Of a stretch of 64,000 nt of DNA, positions 51,036 to 63,001 are shown piece by piece; the first letter of the stretch is position 1, and every line of letters starts with the position of its first letter. The stretch covers positions 1-64,000 of IMG/VR virus record IMGVR_UViG_3300037424_001372; one strand, written 5' to 3'. The notes below the pieces were generated by a model. That model did not search any database. It saw only the letters and a list, made by a program, of their open reading frames with translations, and was not told the DNA's origin. Made by a program: the position numbers and the translations under genes. Source of the DNA: a virus. Lineage: Duplodnaviria; Heunggongvirae; Uroviricota; Caudoviricetes.

Positions 51036-52013
51036 TGTTCTTTTCTTGGTTCTGGTGATAACTTTATTGCTGAAGAATATCTTAAACGTATTCAAGAACA
51101 TGAAGTTAGACCACCAATTCGTCAAGAATATCTCGATGGTAACATGTGGATATTTGAAGACTCTATTATTGGCGAAACATACATTATGGCGTTGGATGCA
51201 TCCCCGGGTCATGGTGAAGATAATTCAACGATTAATATTTTAAAAACGTGTGAAATTATTGAAGAAAAGATCGTTACAAAAAATGGTAAAACTAAAAAAA
51301 TAAAAATCAAACGTCATAAAGTTGAGCAAGTTGCAGAATATTATGGTAAAATAAGTCCACAAATATTAGCCGAAATAGCATATCAATATGGTAAACGTTA
51401 TAATGATGCTTATTGTGTCGTTGATGTAACCGGTGGTCATGGTGTTCACACTGTTGAAAAAATGTTAGAAATTGGGTATGAAAATATTCACTATGCCGAA
51501 GTAATTCATAAACCAACCAGAGATAGATTACAAGGTTACATAAAAAAAGGTCAAAAAGTCATGTCTGATGGAGCTATTTCAAACGTAGATTTAATTCCCG
51601 GATTCTTCATTGGTAATAATAGACCTTCGGTACTTCTTGAAATGCAAAGAGCTATTCATTTGGAAGATATTGTTATTAGGTCTAATAGATTATTAAGCGA
51701 ATTAAAGACATTTGTAACTGTCCCCGGAAACAGAGTGGCAGATCATAAGCGTACTTTTCATGATGACAGTATTATGGGACTTTCGATAGGTTTATTCGTA
51801 TTAAATTTTGACATGGCCAGATTTAAACAAAGTAAAGGTGTTGCTGAAAAAATGATTAATGCAATTATTACTAATAACGATATTTCTACCATGAAAATAA
51901 ATAAAGAAATGAAAAATAAACCAACTATTTCACCAAACAGTTCATCACCTTTAAATCCTTATGGAGTTAACTCATGGTTATTTCAAGGAATGAAAAATCT
52001 AAATGAAAGATGA
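50712..52013 (+). CDS. terL: terminase large subunit, C-terminal gene (IntC plus RNase H-like nuclease)
   Basis: CSFLGSG, YIMALDASPG.GEDNS, HDDSIM. Confidence 0.9.
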   Translation: MYINTEYEILNSSGNFVDFAGISMSENNVGYKITLENGDTITVSENHIFIAGNINVFVKSIIPNVSYLTTIDGDFFVTNVTKIDNCDFYDIVDSENAEYFANNILNHNCSFLGSGDNFIAEEYLKRIQEHEVRPPIRQEYLDGNMWIFEDSIIGETYIMALDASPGHGEDNSTINILKTCEIIEEKIVTKNGKTKKIKIKRHKVEQVAEYYGKISPQILAEIAYQYGKRYNDAYCVVDVTGGHGVHTVEKMLEIGYENIHYAEVIHKPTRDRLQGYIKKGQKVMSDGAISNVDLIPGFFIGNNRPSVLLEMQRAIHLEDIVIRSNRLLSELKTFVTVPGNRVADHKRTFHDDSIMGLSIGLFVLNFDMARFKQSKGVAEKMINAIITNNDISTMKINKEMKNKPTISPNSSSPLNPYGVNSWLFQGMKNLNER

Positions 52014-52084
52014 AATGTATTTATATATAATCGACTTTTCAATAAAATCTTAGTATTTATAAAAAAATATAAATTATTATAATA

Positions 52085-55000
52085 ATGGCAAACGAAAATA
52101 ATAGTAAGAATACTATATATCAAGAACTAAATAAGTTGTTAAATCTTGATGGCTTTGGGTTTCAGGAATCAAATGCGACAATACATTCTCAAATTCCTGA
52201 AGAATCTAAAATAATTATTAAAGGTAATTCACCAGAAGAAATACATAGAAAAGGACTTGAAATTGAACAAAAAAATAAAATTAAAAACAAGTTCTTTAGA
52301 ACCACTGATAGAAGTTTTCAAAAAGCACTTCAATATGAAGCAGCAAGACTTCCGGCATATATGGATTATGAGGGAATGGAATATTATCCTATCATTTCAT
52401 CCGCTTTAGATTTATTTATGGAGGAAGCAACTACAATAGGTATTAATGGTAAAATGTTAAATGTTCATTCAAACAAAGAAAGAATAAAAACATTATTAGA
52501 AGATTTTTTTTATAATACTGTAAATGTTAATGTTAATCTGCCATTTTGGACGAGGAACGTGGTAAAATATGGTGATGATTTTGTATTATTATACGGTGAA
52601 AGAAAAAAAGGGATTACACATGTCAAACAATTGGTAAATTATGAAATTGAACGTTTTGAACGTATTCAAAATGGTAAATCAATAGTCAAGTTTAAAGAAA
52701 GAATGACTGGTGATGAATTTAATGTTTTTGAAATAGCGCATTTTCGTTTGCTTGGCGATGACAAATATTTACCATATGGAAGTTGTTTATTATCAGATAC
52801 TTATGTAAAAACAAATAAAGGAACCAAACAAATTAAAAATATTGTAAAAGATGATATTGTAATTGGATTTGATATTAAGACACAGAAAAAAATTGAGACA
52901 ACAGTATTAGACACAATTAAAAGTGGTAAAAAGGAAGTATTTAAAATATCAACAAAACATAATTATATAGATTCCTCTAAAGAACATAAATTTTTAATAT
53001 ATGATGATAATATTAATAATTTTAGGTATGAATTTGTTGAAAATTTAAAAATTGGTGATAAATTAATAATTAATGATTCTGATAAGAATGACACAATAAA
53101 AAATATTAATAAAGAAGAAAAGGTTACTATTGATAGATTAAAAAGAAAGTTTCGTTATTATCAAAATATTGATAATATTCCTAATACTATAACAACTGAG
53201 TTCGCCCAATTTATTGGATTTATGTTTGGGGATGGATGGATATCACATAATAAAGACATATCATTTGCACTTGGTGAATATGAAACACAAAATTTAAAAT
53301 ATATAAATTTATTAGAAAAATTTTCTGGTGTTAAACCCAAACTAATTAAACCCAATATTAAAGTTAATTACAATTATTCACAAGTAAATGTTGGTTCTAA
53401 AATGCTGGCAACAATATTGATTGAATTGGGTTTTCATGGTAAGTTTAATGAAAAAAGAATACCTGATTGGATTTTTGATTCGCCTAAAGAAATTAGAGAG
53501 GCATTTTTAGATGGATTTGTTGATGCGGATGGGTCAATATTTATTGATAAATGGGATTGTGTGAGATATTCGATTGAATTGGGAAATAATGAACTTATAA
53601 AAGATTTAAAATATTTGGTTCAATCATTGGGATATAAATCTGGAAAAATTTCTACCAGAAAAAGAATCGATGATAAATTTATTAAAGGAAGAAAAATCAA
53701 TTCAAACACATCACACTATTTTTATTTTTTCAAAACAATAAATAAACAAATAAAAAAGTATGATGTAAATAATAGATTTTCAAATGAATTTATTGTTGAA
53801 CCAATAATTTCAATTGAAAATATTGGAGTACATGATGTTTACGATATACACGTTGATAATGAAAATCATAATTTTTTCGCCAATAATATCGTTGTCCATA
53901 ATTCTGTATTAAATAAAGTTCGTAGAGTTTTCAGACAATTAATAATGGCTGAAGATGCTATGTTAACATATAGAATCATTCGTGCCGGTGAGAAAAAAGT
54001 GTTTAAAATTGATGTGGGTAATATTGATGAGGATGATATTGAAGAATATATTTATAAAGTAGCGACTACATTTAAAAAAGTAAGTCAAGTAAATCCTAAT
54101 GATGGTCAAATTGATTATCGTTTTAATATTTTAGGTAATGATGAAGATTATTTTATACCAGTAAGAAATGCAAATACTCAAACAGGTATTGATACCTTAC
54201 CGGGTGCATGTTTATCTTTAGAAACTAAAATTGAATTACTTGATGGTCGTAGTTTAGAATTAAGCGAAATTATCACAGAATTTAATTCAGGAAAGGAACT
54301 TTGGTCATATTCGATTAATCCTAAATCAGGGCAAATCGTTCCGGGTAAGATTACTTGGGCAGGTGTGACTAGAAAAAATACTGATGTAATTAAAATTACA
54401 TTAGATAATGGAGAATCAATTATATGTACACCTGACCATAAATTCCCAACTAAATTTAATGGTACTAAAGAAGCCAAAGATTTAATTGTTGGTGAATCTA
54501 TGTGGGCTTTTAATAAAAAGAAAAGTATTATAAAGGGCGGTAGTGGAATTGATAATACATATGAAATGATTTACGATCATTCAACGAATGATTGGAGATA
54601 TACTCATAGAATGGTGGCACATTACTTGAAAGAAAATGATTTATGTGAAGTTTTTGCATATAAAATATATGATAATAACATGCAAACAATTCATCATAAA
54701 GATTTTAACAGATATAATAATAGTCCACAGAATATATGTTATATGAATTCTAAAGACCATTTTTACTATCATCACGATTTTGCTAAAGAAATGTATGAAA
54801 CATATTCAGACGAAACAAAATTAATTCATAAAAATCTTAGAAAAACTGGTGTTAAGAATTATTGGGATAATATTACAACTGAAGAATTGCAACAAAAAAA
54901 GGTTGTTGCTAAGAATAATTCGATAAAATCAAGAGATAAGGCGAATAAAACCTTTAATAATAATCCCAATAAAATTAATATTATTAAATTAAGGGGAGAA

Positions 55001-56482
55001 TCAATTAGCAAAATTAAATCACTTGACGATAATAAGACGAAACAATCAGAGATAGCTAAATCTCGATGGAAAAATACTAATTTAAGAGAAATTATTATTG
55101 AGAAACAATCGATAAAATATTCACAAAAATTATTAGATTTATTAATTGGTTATTATAATGAATATGGAAGAATTGATTTAATCCTTGAAAAGAATATTAA
55201 TGTCAATAATTCCGAATGGTTAAATGAATTTAAATCATTGAATTCAAATAATAAACAATTGAATAAAATGACTGAAATTACTCGCAATAACATTGATAAA
55301 ATGTTGAAATATTTCGGTTATTCTAATTGGAATGATTTTAAACATAAAATGCCTTATTATAATCACAAAATAAAGTTAATCGAGTGGTTAGATGAAAAAC
55401 AAAATACTGGTACAATTACTATTGATGGTCAAGAGGAACTACATGATTATCACACATTTGCACTTTCGTGTGGCATTTTTACAAAGAATTCTAATCTTGA
55501 CCAGATTCAAGATATTGAATATCTTCGTGATAATCTATTTATTGGACTTGGTGTGCCTAAACCATTTTTAAGTTTTCAAGATGCTGCTGGTGGTGGTAAA
55601 AACTTAGCACAATATGACATACGTTTTGCTAAAAAAATAAATCGTATTCAACAAGCTATGGTTCAGGAATTAAATAAAATGGCTATAATACATTTATATT
55701 TATTAGGTTATAGTGGTGAAGATTTAAATAGTTTTCAAATAACATTAACCAATCCAAGTACTCAACAAGAATTATTAAAATCTGAATTGTTGAGAGAGAA
55801 AGCACAAACGTATACCGAATTAACTCGTGGCGAAAATGGTATTGCTGCTATGTCACATACAGCAGCAAAGCGATTGGTTTTCAATATGAGTGATAAAGAA
55901 ATTGTTGAAGACTTGAAACAACAAAAAATGGAAAAAGTTGTTATGCAAGAACTTGCAGACTCACCAGTATCAATTAAAAAGAGTGGATTATTTACTGACA
56001 TAGATAAAAGATTTGGTGAGCCTATTGAAGGGATGGCGATTTCGAATGATAATGAAGGTGGAATACAGCCCACTGGAAGTAATGCTGGTTCTCCTATGGG
56101 AGGTGCACCTCAAGGTGATAAACTTGGCGGTACCAATACTTCTCCAATGGGAGGTGAAGCTGGTTCACCTGTGGGGAGTGTTCCACCTAGCGGTGAAATG
56201 GGGGGTACTCCTATGATGGAAAATAGAATGTTGAATAATAGTTATGATAGTCATGTTGAAAAATTAGTATATGGTGACGATAAAGAAATTGAATATGATA
56301 AAAATAAACAAAAAGAAATTATTCAAGAAAATAATCAGATTAATATTAATTTAAATAAAAATGCATTTGAAATGATTAATGAAATTGATCAACTATTAAA
56401 AAATTCTGAAACTATTAATAAAAAATATGGTTCGACTGAAAATGTTGAAGATATTGATTTTGATAATTTAGATGACATTTAA
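52085..56482 (+). CDS. T4 gp20-like portal protein with two inteins
   Basis: ISSALDL..EE, EDAMLTYRIIRAGEKKVFKIDVGN, EDYFIP.R, IDTLPG, DIRFAKKINRIQ. Confidence 0.92.
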   Translation: MANENNSKNTIYQELNKLLNLDGFGFQESNATIHSQIPEESKIIIKGNSPEEIHRKGLEIEQKNKIKNKFFRTTDRSFQKALQYEAARLPAYMDYEGMEYYPIISSALDLFMEEATTIGINGKMLNVHSNKERIKTLLEDFFYNTVNVNVNLPFWTRNVVKYGDDFVLLYGERKKGITHVKQLVNYEIERFERIQNGKSIVKFKERMTGDEFNVFEIAHFRLLGDDKYLPYGSCLLSDTYVKTNKGTKQIKNIVKDDIVIGFDIKTQKKIETTVLDTIKSGKKEVFKISTKHNYIDSSKEHKFLIYDDNINNFRYEFVENLKIGDKLIINDSDKNDTIKNINKEEKVTIDRLKRKFRYYQNIDNIPNTITTEFAQFIGFMFGDGWISHNKDISFALGEYETQNLKYINLLEKFSGVKPKLIKPNIKVNYNYSQVNVGSKMLATILIELGFHGKFNEKRIPDWIFDSPKEIREAFLDGFVDADGSIFIDKWDCVRYSIELGNNELIKDLKYLVQSLGYKSGKISTRKRIDDKFIKGRKINSNTSHYFYFFKTINKQIKKYDVNNRFSNEFIVEPIISIENIGVHDVYDIHVDNENHNFFANNIVVHNSVLNKVRRVFRQLIMAEDAMLTYRIIRAGEKKVFKIDVGNIDEDDIEEYIYKVATTFKKVSQVNPNDGQIDYRFNILGNDEDYFIPVRNANTQTGIDTLPGACLSLETKIELLDGRSLELSEIITEFNSGKELWSYSINPKSGQIVPGKITWAGVTRKNTDVIKITLDNGESIICTPDHKFPTKFNGTKEAKDLIVGESMWAFNKKKSIIKGGSGIDNTYEMIYDHSTNDWRYTHRMVAHYLKENDLCEVFAYKIYDNNMQTIHHKDFNRYNNSPQNICYMNSKDHFYYHHDFAKEMYETYSDETKLIHKNLRKTGVKNYWDNITTEELQQKKVVAKNNSIKSRDKANKTFNNNPNKINIIKLRGESISKIKSLDDNKTKQSEIAKSRWKNTNLREIIIEKQSIKYSQKLLDLLIGYYNEYGRIDLILEKNINVNNSEWLNEFKSLNSNNKQLNKMTEITRNNIDKMLKYFGYSNWNDFKHKMPYYNHKIKLIEWLDEKQNTGTITIDGQEELHDYHTFALSCGIFTKNSNLDQIQDIEYLRDNLFIGLGVPKPFLSFQDAAGGGKNLAQYDIRFAKKINRIQQAMVQELNKMAIIHLYLLGYSGEDLNSFQITLTNPSTQQELLKSELLREKAQTYTELTRGENGIAAMSHTAAKRLVFNMSDKEIVEDLKQQKMEKVVMQELADSPVSIKKSGLFTDIDKRFGEPIEGMAISNDNEGGIQPTGSNAGSPMGGAPQGDKLGGTNTSPMGGEAGSPVGSVPPSGEMGGTPMMENRMLNNSYDSHVEKLVYGDDKEIEYDKNKQKEIIQENNQININLNKNAFEMINEIDQLLKNSETINKKYGSTENVEDIDFDNLDDI
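52784..53902 (+). mobile_element. LAGLIDADG intein (373 aa)
   Basis: CLLSDTYV..FLDGFVDADG..NIVVHN|S. Confidence 0.9.
54209..55489 (+). mobile_element. HNH-containing intein (427 aa)
   Basis: CLSLETKI..CTPDH..YTHRMVA..IHHKDFNRYNN..GIFTKN|S. Confidence 0.85.
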
Positions 56483-56527
56483 GTTAATTGATAATAATTT
56501 CAGTATTTATAATTAAAATAATTAAAC

Positions 56528-57325
56528 ATGAAAAACATTAATATTGGAATAGCAAATCTAATTTTGTCAAAAAAATTAACCGATTCAACAATTAACAATA
56601 ACCTAATTGTTGAATCTAAAAATAATTTAAGTGATTACATTAACATAATTAAAAATTCTCCAATACTACAATTAGAATTTAAAGTTTATGATAATATTGA
56701 ACATAAACACATTGATAATGATATGTTTATTAAGGAGTATATTAATAATAACATTAAACTATTTGAAGTATATACCATTGAAGAAATTAATATTGAACAT
56801 GCTAAATTACAAAATTTTATCACTGAAGATATCATAAAAAATTTAAATAACGAAAATTATAATTTAGAAAAAGTTAATTTATTTAATTCGATCAATAGTT
56901 TAATAGTTGAATCACTAAAGATTGGTAATGATGTTAATGTTAATGAAATGGTAGAATCTTTCATAGTTGTTTTTAATCACATAAAAAATAATAAACAATC
57001 ATTGGTTGAAAATATTAATGAGAATGTTGTTAATGAAGATGTTATTGAAATTGCCGTGGATAAATTTAATAAAAAATATAAATTACTTGATGAATCTGAT
57101 AAATATTTATTAAATAATTTAATTAAATCATCTGAATCTAATAAAAAAACGATATTTGAAGCATATAAAACCGAAACTTTATCATTATTAGAACAAGCAG
57201 ATAGTGATGATATTCATAATGAAATTACAAGTGCAATAAAAAAGATTAATGAAATGAAATATGATGAAAAAACCATAATAGATACAATCATTAATCTTCA
57301 TGAATTCAAAAAAGAATTACTTTAA
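56528..57325 (+). CDS. late head-module protein
   Basis: GTATTTATA at 56503; follows portal. Confidence 0.65.
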   Translation: MKNINIGIANLILSKKLTDSTINNNLIVESKNNLSDYINIIKNSPILQLEFKVYDNIEHKHIDNDMFIKEYINNNIKLFEVYTIEEINIEHAKLQNFITEDIIKNLNNENYNLEKVNLFNSINSLIVESLKIGNDVNVNEMVESFIVVFNHIKNNKQSLVENINENVVNEDVIEIAVDKFNKKYKLLDESDKYLLNNLIKSSESNKKTIFEAYKTETLSLLEQADSDDIHNEITSAIKKINEMKYDEKTIIDTIINLHEFKKELL

Positions 57326-58164
57326 GCTAAATTAGAATTATGTTGTTTAGAATTAGGGCTGCTAAAATTTTTAGCAGCTACTTCTGTTATATCTAATTCT
57401 GAATAACCAAAATTTTCAAACAAATTTTTAAATATTTTATAAACATAATCAATCCCTTCTTTTTCATACCCACCACCTTTTTTAGTAGCATTATTAATAC
57501 TTTCAACATATGATGATGATTGGACATACCCCGGACCTCTATTATAACCAAATAATGCACAACTTGCTAATTTATCGCATCTTTCTGAAATATAATTCAT
57601 GTAAACAAATTGTGCTTTAATCATAATTTCAGGATTATCGATAATATTTTGATGTATAATAGCTCTGTTTTCACGACCAAGGGCATTATCAACAATAAAA
57701 GGGTTTTTAGGTGGTGTTCCATTTGGTGCGAAAGTATATCCATTAACATTTCTACTGATAGCTTTTCTTTCATCATCAGTAAATTTTCCATAAAGACCTC
57801 TCATTATCACATCAAAAACAGTAACTGATATAAATTGGCAAATTCCAGAGGCGGTGCTTGTTTTGGCATAATTCCAAACTTTAAATAATGATTCTTGATA
57901 TGCTTGAGCTGCCAAAATATTAACATCAAGTTGATAAATATTAGCATATTTATTATACCATTTAATTAATGCTTCCCCTAATTCGGAATTCGTTTTAATA
58001 CCACCATTAATATCAGGATTTGATGTCCATATAACATCTATCGATTGTGGTGAACAATACGGTAGAACGTATTTATTTTTACCACTAAGTAATGAATTAC
58101 CATTACCATTACATATTGTACGAATATATTTTTCGGCTTCTGGTTTAAGTTTTACGGCTCCCAT
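57322..58164 (-). CDS. lytic transglycosylase (SLT-like)
   Basis: AQAYQES.F, ASGICQF, YNRGPG. Confidence 0.8.
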   Translation of the reverse strand: MGAVKLKPEAEKYIRTICNGNGNSLLSGKNKYVLPYCSPQSIDVIWTSNPDINGGIKTNSELGEALIKWYNKYANIYQLDVNILAAQAYQESLFKVWNYAKTSTASGICQFISVTVFDVIMRGLYGKFTDDERKAISRNVNGYTFAPNGTPPKNPFIVDNALGRENRAIIHQNIIDNPEIMIKAQFVYMNYISERCDKLASCALFGYNRGPGYVQSSSYVESINNATKKGGGYEKEGIDYVYKIFKNLFENFGYSELDITEVAAKNFSSPNSKQHNSNLA

Positions 58165-58190
58165 AATATTTTATTTTAAATAATTTATTT

Positions 58191-61100
58191 TTAACCAATT
58201 CTTAATGAATTTGATGTGTTATTATACATAGCACTATGATTAACATTATTATCATTACTTATTGATAACGGTGTTGTTTGATTGTTTTCGATTAAACTTA
58301 AATCAATATCTAATCCAGTAAATGCTAATGGGCTAGTTACTCGTGGTATTGGATATTGTAATAATTTAGTACCTGAAAATGTTGTTGTCATTTTATTAGC
58401 AGTAATGTTATGTTCAACAGTTAAAATAATATAAGCACCATTAAACATTGGAATATTTTCTAATTGAAAATATTGTGTTGGTTGAATCATGGCATTACCC
58501 AATCCAGTAATACTTGCTTTATAAGACCTATTTTCATATAAATTATATAAGTTTTGTCCTTTAGGTACTTGAGCAGTTGGATTATTGTCACCAGCTAATC
58601 GAGATAATATTTGAATACTTTCATTAGTTTCGGGATATTCTTTACTGTCAATTTTAATATCAGTAAACATTGATTGATTTTGTTCACCAAATTTAACCCT
58701 AAAAGCGCGAACTTGTCTCCAAGGAAAATCAGATAAATTATTTTCTTGAGTGTCATTTTCAGTGTCTTGAGCCTCAGTTGGTTTGGTTGTATTAAAATCG
58801 CCAATACTCATTGTTCCCATATCGATAATCGAATCTGGTTCAAAACCATTGCCATGAATGGATGGGTAACTAGAAGTACCACCAACATACATACATACAA
58901 AATATGTGTTTTGAGCATCATCATATCCACCGGTATGTATTTTAAATGTGTCCATCCAACTATTGACATCATTGAATTTTAAAAAATTTTGAAGTGGGAA
59001 AAATTCAAAGCCATTTGCACTTAATAATTGTGATAATACTGAATATAAGCTTACATTAGGGTCTTCATATAAATCAACCAACATTTCAGCATTTATCATC
59101 GTATCACCAATAGGATTCATACCTCTATCAACAAAAGCAAACATATCGATTAATTTTTTACCTTGACCATTAAATGGGAATCCTGTTGGATTTAAATTAC
59201 CTCCTGTTAACCATTTATCATTAATATTTTTAAACGAATAATATAATTGATTTATAACATCCTTGTCACCCTTACTTTTTTTAGCTGCCTCATCCTTTTC
59301 TTTTAAATCTTTTAAATATATTTTACAATATGAATCTAATGCAATGAAAAATTTTTGAAAAAAATTATCATTAATATTTTTTTTCTGATTATTATCATTT
59401 TGTGTTTTTAACGATATATAATTAATCGGATATGTATCATTAGTTTTAAATGTTATGTCAGATAAATTAAGTAATGTTGTTCTTTCCATTAAACTTGTAA
59501 TAATATTACTTCTACTACCTTTACCAATAGCATTATCATTAACTAATGTATCATTTGAACCAGTATTTGGATCAAGGTAATATCTTATGCCAACAGAAAT
59601 ATTTTGAAACATTCTAGTACTGCCAATTGAATAATTTTTTGCTTGTTCGTATACGTGATTGATGTCGGATGCTAAATCATCATAATCACCATTAATAAAC
59701 TCACTATAATAATTTTGAAAAAAATCTTTATCTTTTACCGATAAAAAATGATTAACATCATGTAAATCGGCCAATATATAATAACCACCATTTGATAGAT
59801 TAGCTGCTGTCGAACCAGTACAAAAGTCAATAATATCGTTTTCCCAATTATTTCTAACTGCATCAACTAATAAACCTATATACGATATATAGAAAAAAGG
59901 TACTTCAATTGCTGAAGGAGTATCAAAAACTAGACTACTTAAATTATTGGGATAAGTATTAAAAGGGCTTGCGGTTGTACCAAAATTAGATAATATTAAC
60001 AACGAACCCATGTGACGATTTTCGTTAATTTTTTCAATTGTTTCATCGTTTAACGAATCCATCCAAACATCTAAAATATTTTTACCTTGTTTTAATAACG
60101 ATCTATCTCTACTGTTATTGGTTGTGAAAGCAGAATTACCACTATAATATGGGATCATAATTGTTTCACCATAATTATAAACATATTCATCAGCAGATTT
60201 TTTGGGAAAATTGGAATTATAGCGAGTTATACTAACACCATTATTTGTTGAAGTATGTGTTGAGTAATCTCCCACCAAATATCTTGTATTCGTAATAATA
60301 CCGTTAATATTATCATCATAACCATCATCACTATTATGATCTCTTAAATATAATACATTTTCGTTTGTGAATTGATAAATCAATTCTTCTGCTGATTTAC
60401 CTCTTCCAAATATAGTTTTATACCAATTTCTAGTTGCATCATAACGAAATTTTTTAACTATGTCTTGAGAATTTGAATCTGAATCTTCAACAGGTTGTAA
60501 ATCAATATTTTTATCAGTTAATAATACGCCTTTAAAATTAATATCATTTTTATTAACATAAATATTGCCTTCAGTCGGTGTTAATGAAAAACTTAATGGA
60601 TTATCATTATTAAAATTATATAAATTACCCGCATCACCATCTGTCAATTTATTTAAATAATTATCATAAAAACTTTGAATATTATTTTTATATTTATTCG
60701 AAAAATCAATTAACATATCACCATCTCTTTTTTTTACAATACCTTTCACAATATTAAGAGCTTCTGATTTTGAATATAATTCGAGATACGCCTTAGATTT
60801 TTCATTTTCATTACTATAGAAATTAGTAGATAAAAATCCTTGGCTCAACATATAAAATCTCTTGATAAATGTTTTAAAAATATCGTCAACAACATTATCA
60901 CTCATATTAGTATATGGTGTTTCAGGTGAAATATTGCTCAAACTTGAATCATATGGTGAAATAGGTATCCATTCATATGTTCCGTCATCATTTTGATTTT
61001 CTCTAGCATTAAATCTAAATAAATTATTTTTTTGTAGTTGGAATGTATCAATAAAATCATAAATTAAATTCATTTCAGGGAATTCTACGACTTTTGACAA

Positions 61101-62804
61101 TTCTATTGGTGCAACTCTTTCATTTTTTCTACCTCCGAAAACAGGACTGTCTTCAATAATCAATGGAAATGAATATATTTTATCTGGAATTCCATTGGCA
61201 GATATATTACCATCAACGCCATTATTATATCCGATAATAGCTTGTTTATTTTCTGAAATATTATGTGAATTAAATGCTTTTTCGGAAGTATTTCTCATTA
61301 TTGTAAATAAGTCATCAACATCATTTAAAATGATTTTAAATATGTTATAAATGGTAGGTTTCATACCTAATCCAGTTGTGATCATATTATTAATCTTATT
61401 ATTTAAATTATTTGCTAATTTTATTTTATTTTCTTCCAACTCATGTTTTTTCTTATAAAGTTTTTGATAATATTTACTAATATCAACAACATAATATTCG
61501 GTTTCCACATTTTCATTTGTTTCAACATTATAACCATTTAATATTGAAGTTGCTTTAATTATATCTTCTTGTTTAAATTCAATTGAAGATATTTTATAAT
61601 TCAATAATTTATCTCTAAAAGAATTTAATGTGATTTCAAAAGAGCTAAGATTTTTGGTAGAATATTGGTATGGGTTTGCAACAGGTAATATTTTATTCAT
61701 ATAATCAGGAAATACATAATCTTCCGATGTTAATGCAATATTTGTTGATGATATGAATCCTAATAATAATTTATCGTTTATAGTTGTTTTTAATCCACCA
61801 GTTTTTTCATCTGAAATTAATTTTTTATATTCATTAACATTATTAGTAATTTTAATTTGATTATTTTCACCTGCACGAGTAGCTGTTGTAGTTGTACTGG
61901 TATTGCTTTCGGGTGATTGGATTAATAAATAAGGAGTATTAACACTATTTAAATCATCATTTTCTTTAATTGCAGTATGATTAAAATTATATAATATTTG
62001 ATTAATATTATCAATATCATTTACAGCATGTTGATATTCTTTATTTTCAATATCAGTTTCTAATTTTTCCGATAATGAAGAATATAAATTTTTTAATTTT
62101 AATATTAAAGCATAAGTGTTTTGAGGTTCAGTACCTGCTTTAGCATCGACTGATTCTGGGTTTGTTATTAATGGGAAATTAATGGCATATCTAAACAAAA
62201 TGTCGGCCAACGGTGCAAAAGTCAGTGCAACAAATTTAGCATCAATAATAAAATTACCATTATTTGAATTAAATTCTGATGTATATTTAACTAAATGTAG
62301 TTTATATGTCAAAGGTTTTCCATAATAACCTTTAAAAGTTAATGTGAAAATTGGTGGTGGAAAATCAAATAACATTCTATACGGTGAATCTTTTTCATTA
62401 AAAAATGACAAACCACGAATATCAACAAATTTTATGTCAATTTGAGGGACGAATGAAGAATTTATGGTAATTTTAATATTATCAATACCAAATCCTTCAT
62501 AATTCATTCCATTACCAGTACTCCCGTCATAATAATTTGTAGTAAAATTTAAATAATTAGGATTATTTTTATCATCATCTTGATTATTACCTAAAAAATT
62601 AATTTTTTTAGGACTTGTACTTGAAGTATCTTGACCTTTAATAATAGTTGTTCTCCCTTTACTTTCCGCAGTAAGTTCTGCAAAAATATACATATCTTCA
62701 TATTTTGGTATACCATAATACAAATTAGTGTTTATGTTAATGCAATTAGGGTCTATTAATATTACATTGCCATTAGTAATTGGGTTACAATCAATAATAC
62801 TCAT
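58191..62804 (-). CDS. large tail/baseplate hub-like structural protein
   Basis: 1537 aa; C-terminal GNAMIQPTQYFQL.NIPMFNGAY.I..VEH; adjacent to transglycosylase. Confidence 0.65.
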   Translation of the reverse strand: MSIIDCNPITNGNVILIDPNCININTNLYYGIPKYEDMYIFAELTAESKGRTTIIKGQDTSSTSPKKINFLGNNQDDDKNNPNYLNFTTNYYDGSTGNGMNYEGFGIDNIKITINSSFVPQIDIKFVDIRGLSFFNEKDSPYRMLFDFPPPIFTLTFKGYYGKPLTYKLHLVKYTSEFNSNNGNFIIDAKFVALTFAPLADILFRYAINFPLITNPESVDAKAGTEPQNTYALILKLKNLYSSLSEKLETDIENKEYQHAVNDIDNINQILYNFNHTAIKENDDLNSVNTPYLLIQSPESNTSTTTTATRAGENNQIKITNNVNEYKKLISDEKTGGLKTTINDKLLLGFISSTNIALTSEDYVFPDYMNKILPVANPYQYSTKNLSSFEITLNSFRDKLLNYKISSIEFKQEDIIKATSILNGYNVETNENVETEYYVVDISKYYQKLYKKKHELEENKIKLANNLNNKINNMITTGLGMKPTIYNIFKIILNDVDDLFTIMRNTSEKAFNSHNISENKQAIIGYNNGVDGNISANGIPDKIYSFPLIIEDSPVFGGRKNERVAPIELSKVVEFPEMNLIYDFIDTFQLQKNNLFRFNARENQNDDGTYEWIPISPYDSSLSNISPETPYTNMSDNVVDDIFKTFIKRFYMLSQGFLSTNFYSNENEKSKAYLELYSKSEALNIVKGIVKKRDGDMLIDFSNKYKNNIQSFYDNYLNKLTDGDAGNLYNFNNDNPLSFSLTPTEGNIYVNKNDINFKGVLLTDKNIDLQPVEDSDSNSQDIVKKFRYDATRNWYKTIFGRGKSAEELIYQFTNENVLYLRDHNSDDGYDDNINGIITNTRYLVGDYSTHTSTNNGVSITRYNSNFPKKSADEYVYNYGETIMIPYYSGNSAFTTNNSRDRSLLKQGKNILDVWMDSLNDETIEKINENRHMGSLLILSNFGTTASPFNTYPNNLSSLVFDTPSAIEVPFFYISYIGLLVDAVRNNWENDIIDFCTGSTAANLSNGGYYILADLHDVNHFLSVKDKDFFQNYYSEFINGDYDDLASDINHVYEQAKNYSIGSTRMFQNISVGIRYYLDPNTGSNDTLVNDNAIGKGSRSNIITSLMERTTLLNLSDITFKTNDTYPINYISLKTQNDNNQKKNINDNFFQKFFIALDSYCKIYLKDLKEKDEAAKKSKGDKDVINQLYYSFKNINDKWLTGGNLNPTGFPFNGQGKKLIDMFAFVDRGMNPIGDTMINAEMLVDLYEDPNVSLYSVLSQLLSANGFEFFPLQNFLKFNDVNSWMDTFKIHTGGYDDAQNTYFVCMYVGGTSSYPSIHGNGFEPDSIIDMGTMSIGDFNTTKPTEAQDTENDTQENNLSDFPWRQVRAFRVKFGEQNQSMFTDIKIDSKEYPETNESIQILSRLAGDNNPTAQVPKGQNLYNLYENRSYKASITGLGNAMIQPTQYFQLENIPMFNGAYIILTVEHNITANKMTTTFSGTKLLQYPIPRVTSPLAFTGLDIDLSLIENNQTTPLSISNDNNVNHSAMYNNTSNSLRIG

Positions 62805-63001
62805 ATTTTTTTCTCATAAATACATAAATAAAATTTGTGTATTAGATATTGAACGAAACTAATTTATTTTTATAAATAAAAATATAATAAAATTACAAAT
62901 GACATGGGAGTTATTATATTTTTTTATAGATATGAATATTATAATATTATCCAAATAATAAAATTAATATTTCAACTATTTATATCAAAAGAATTTAATT
63001 C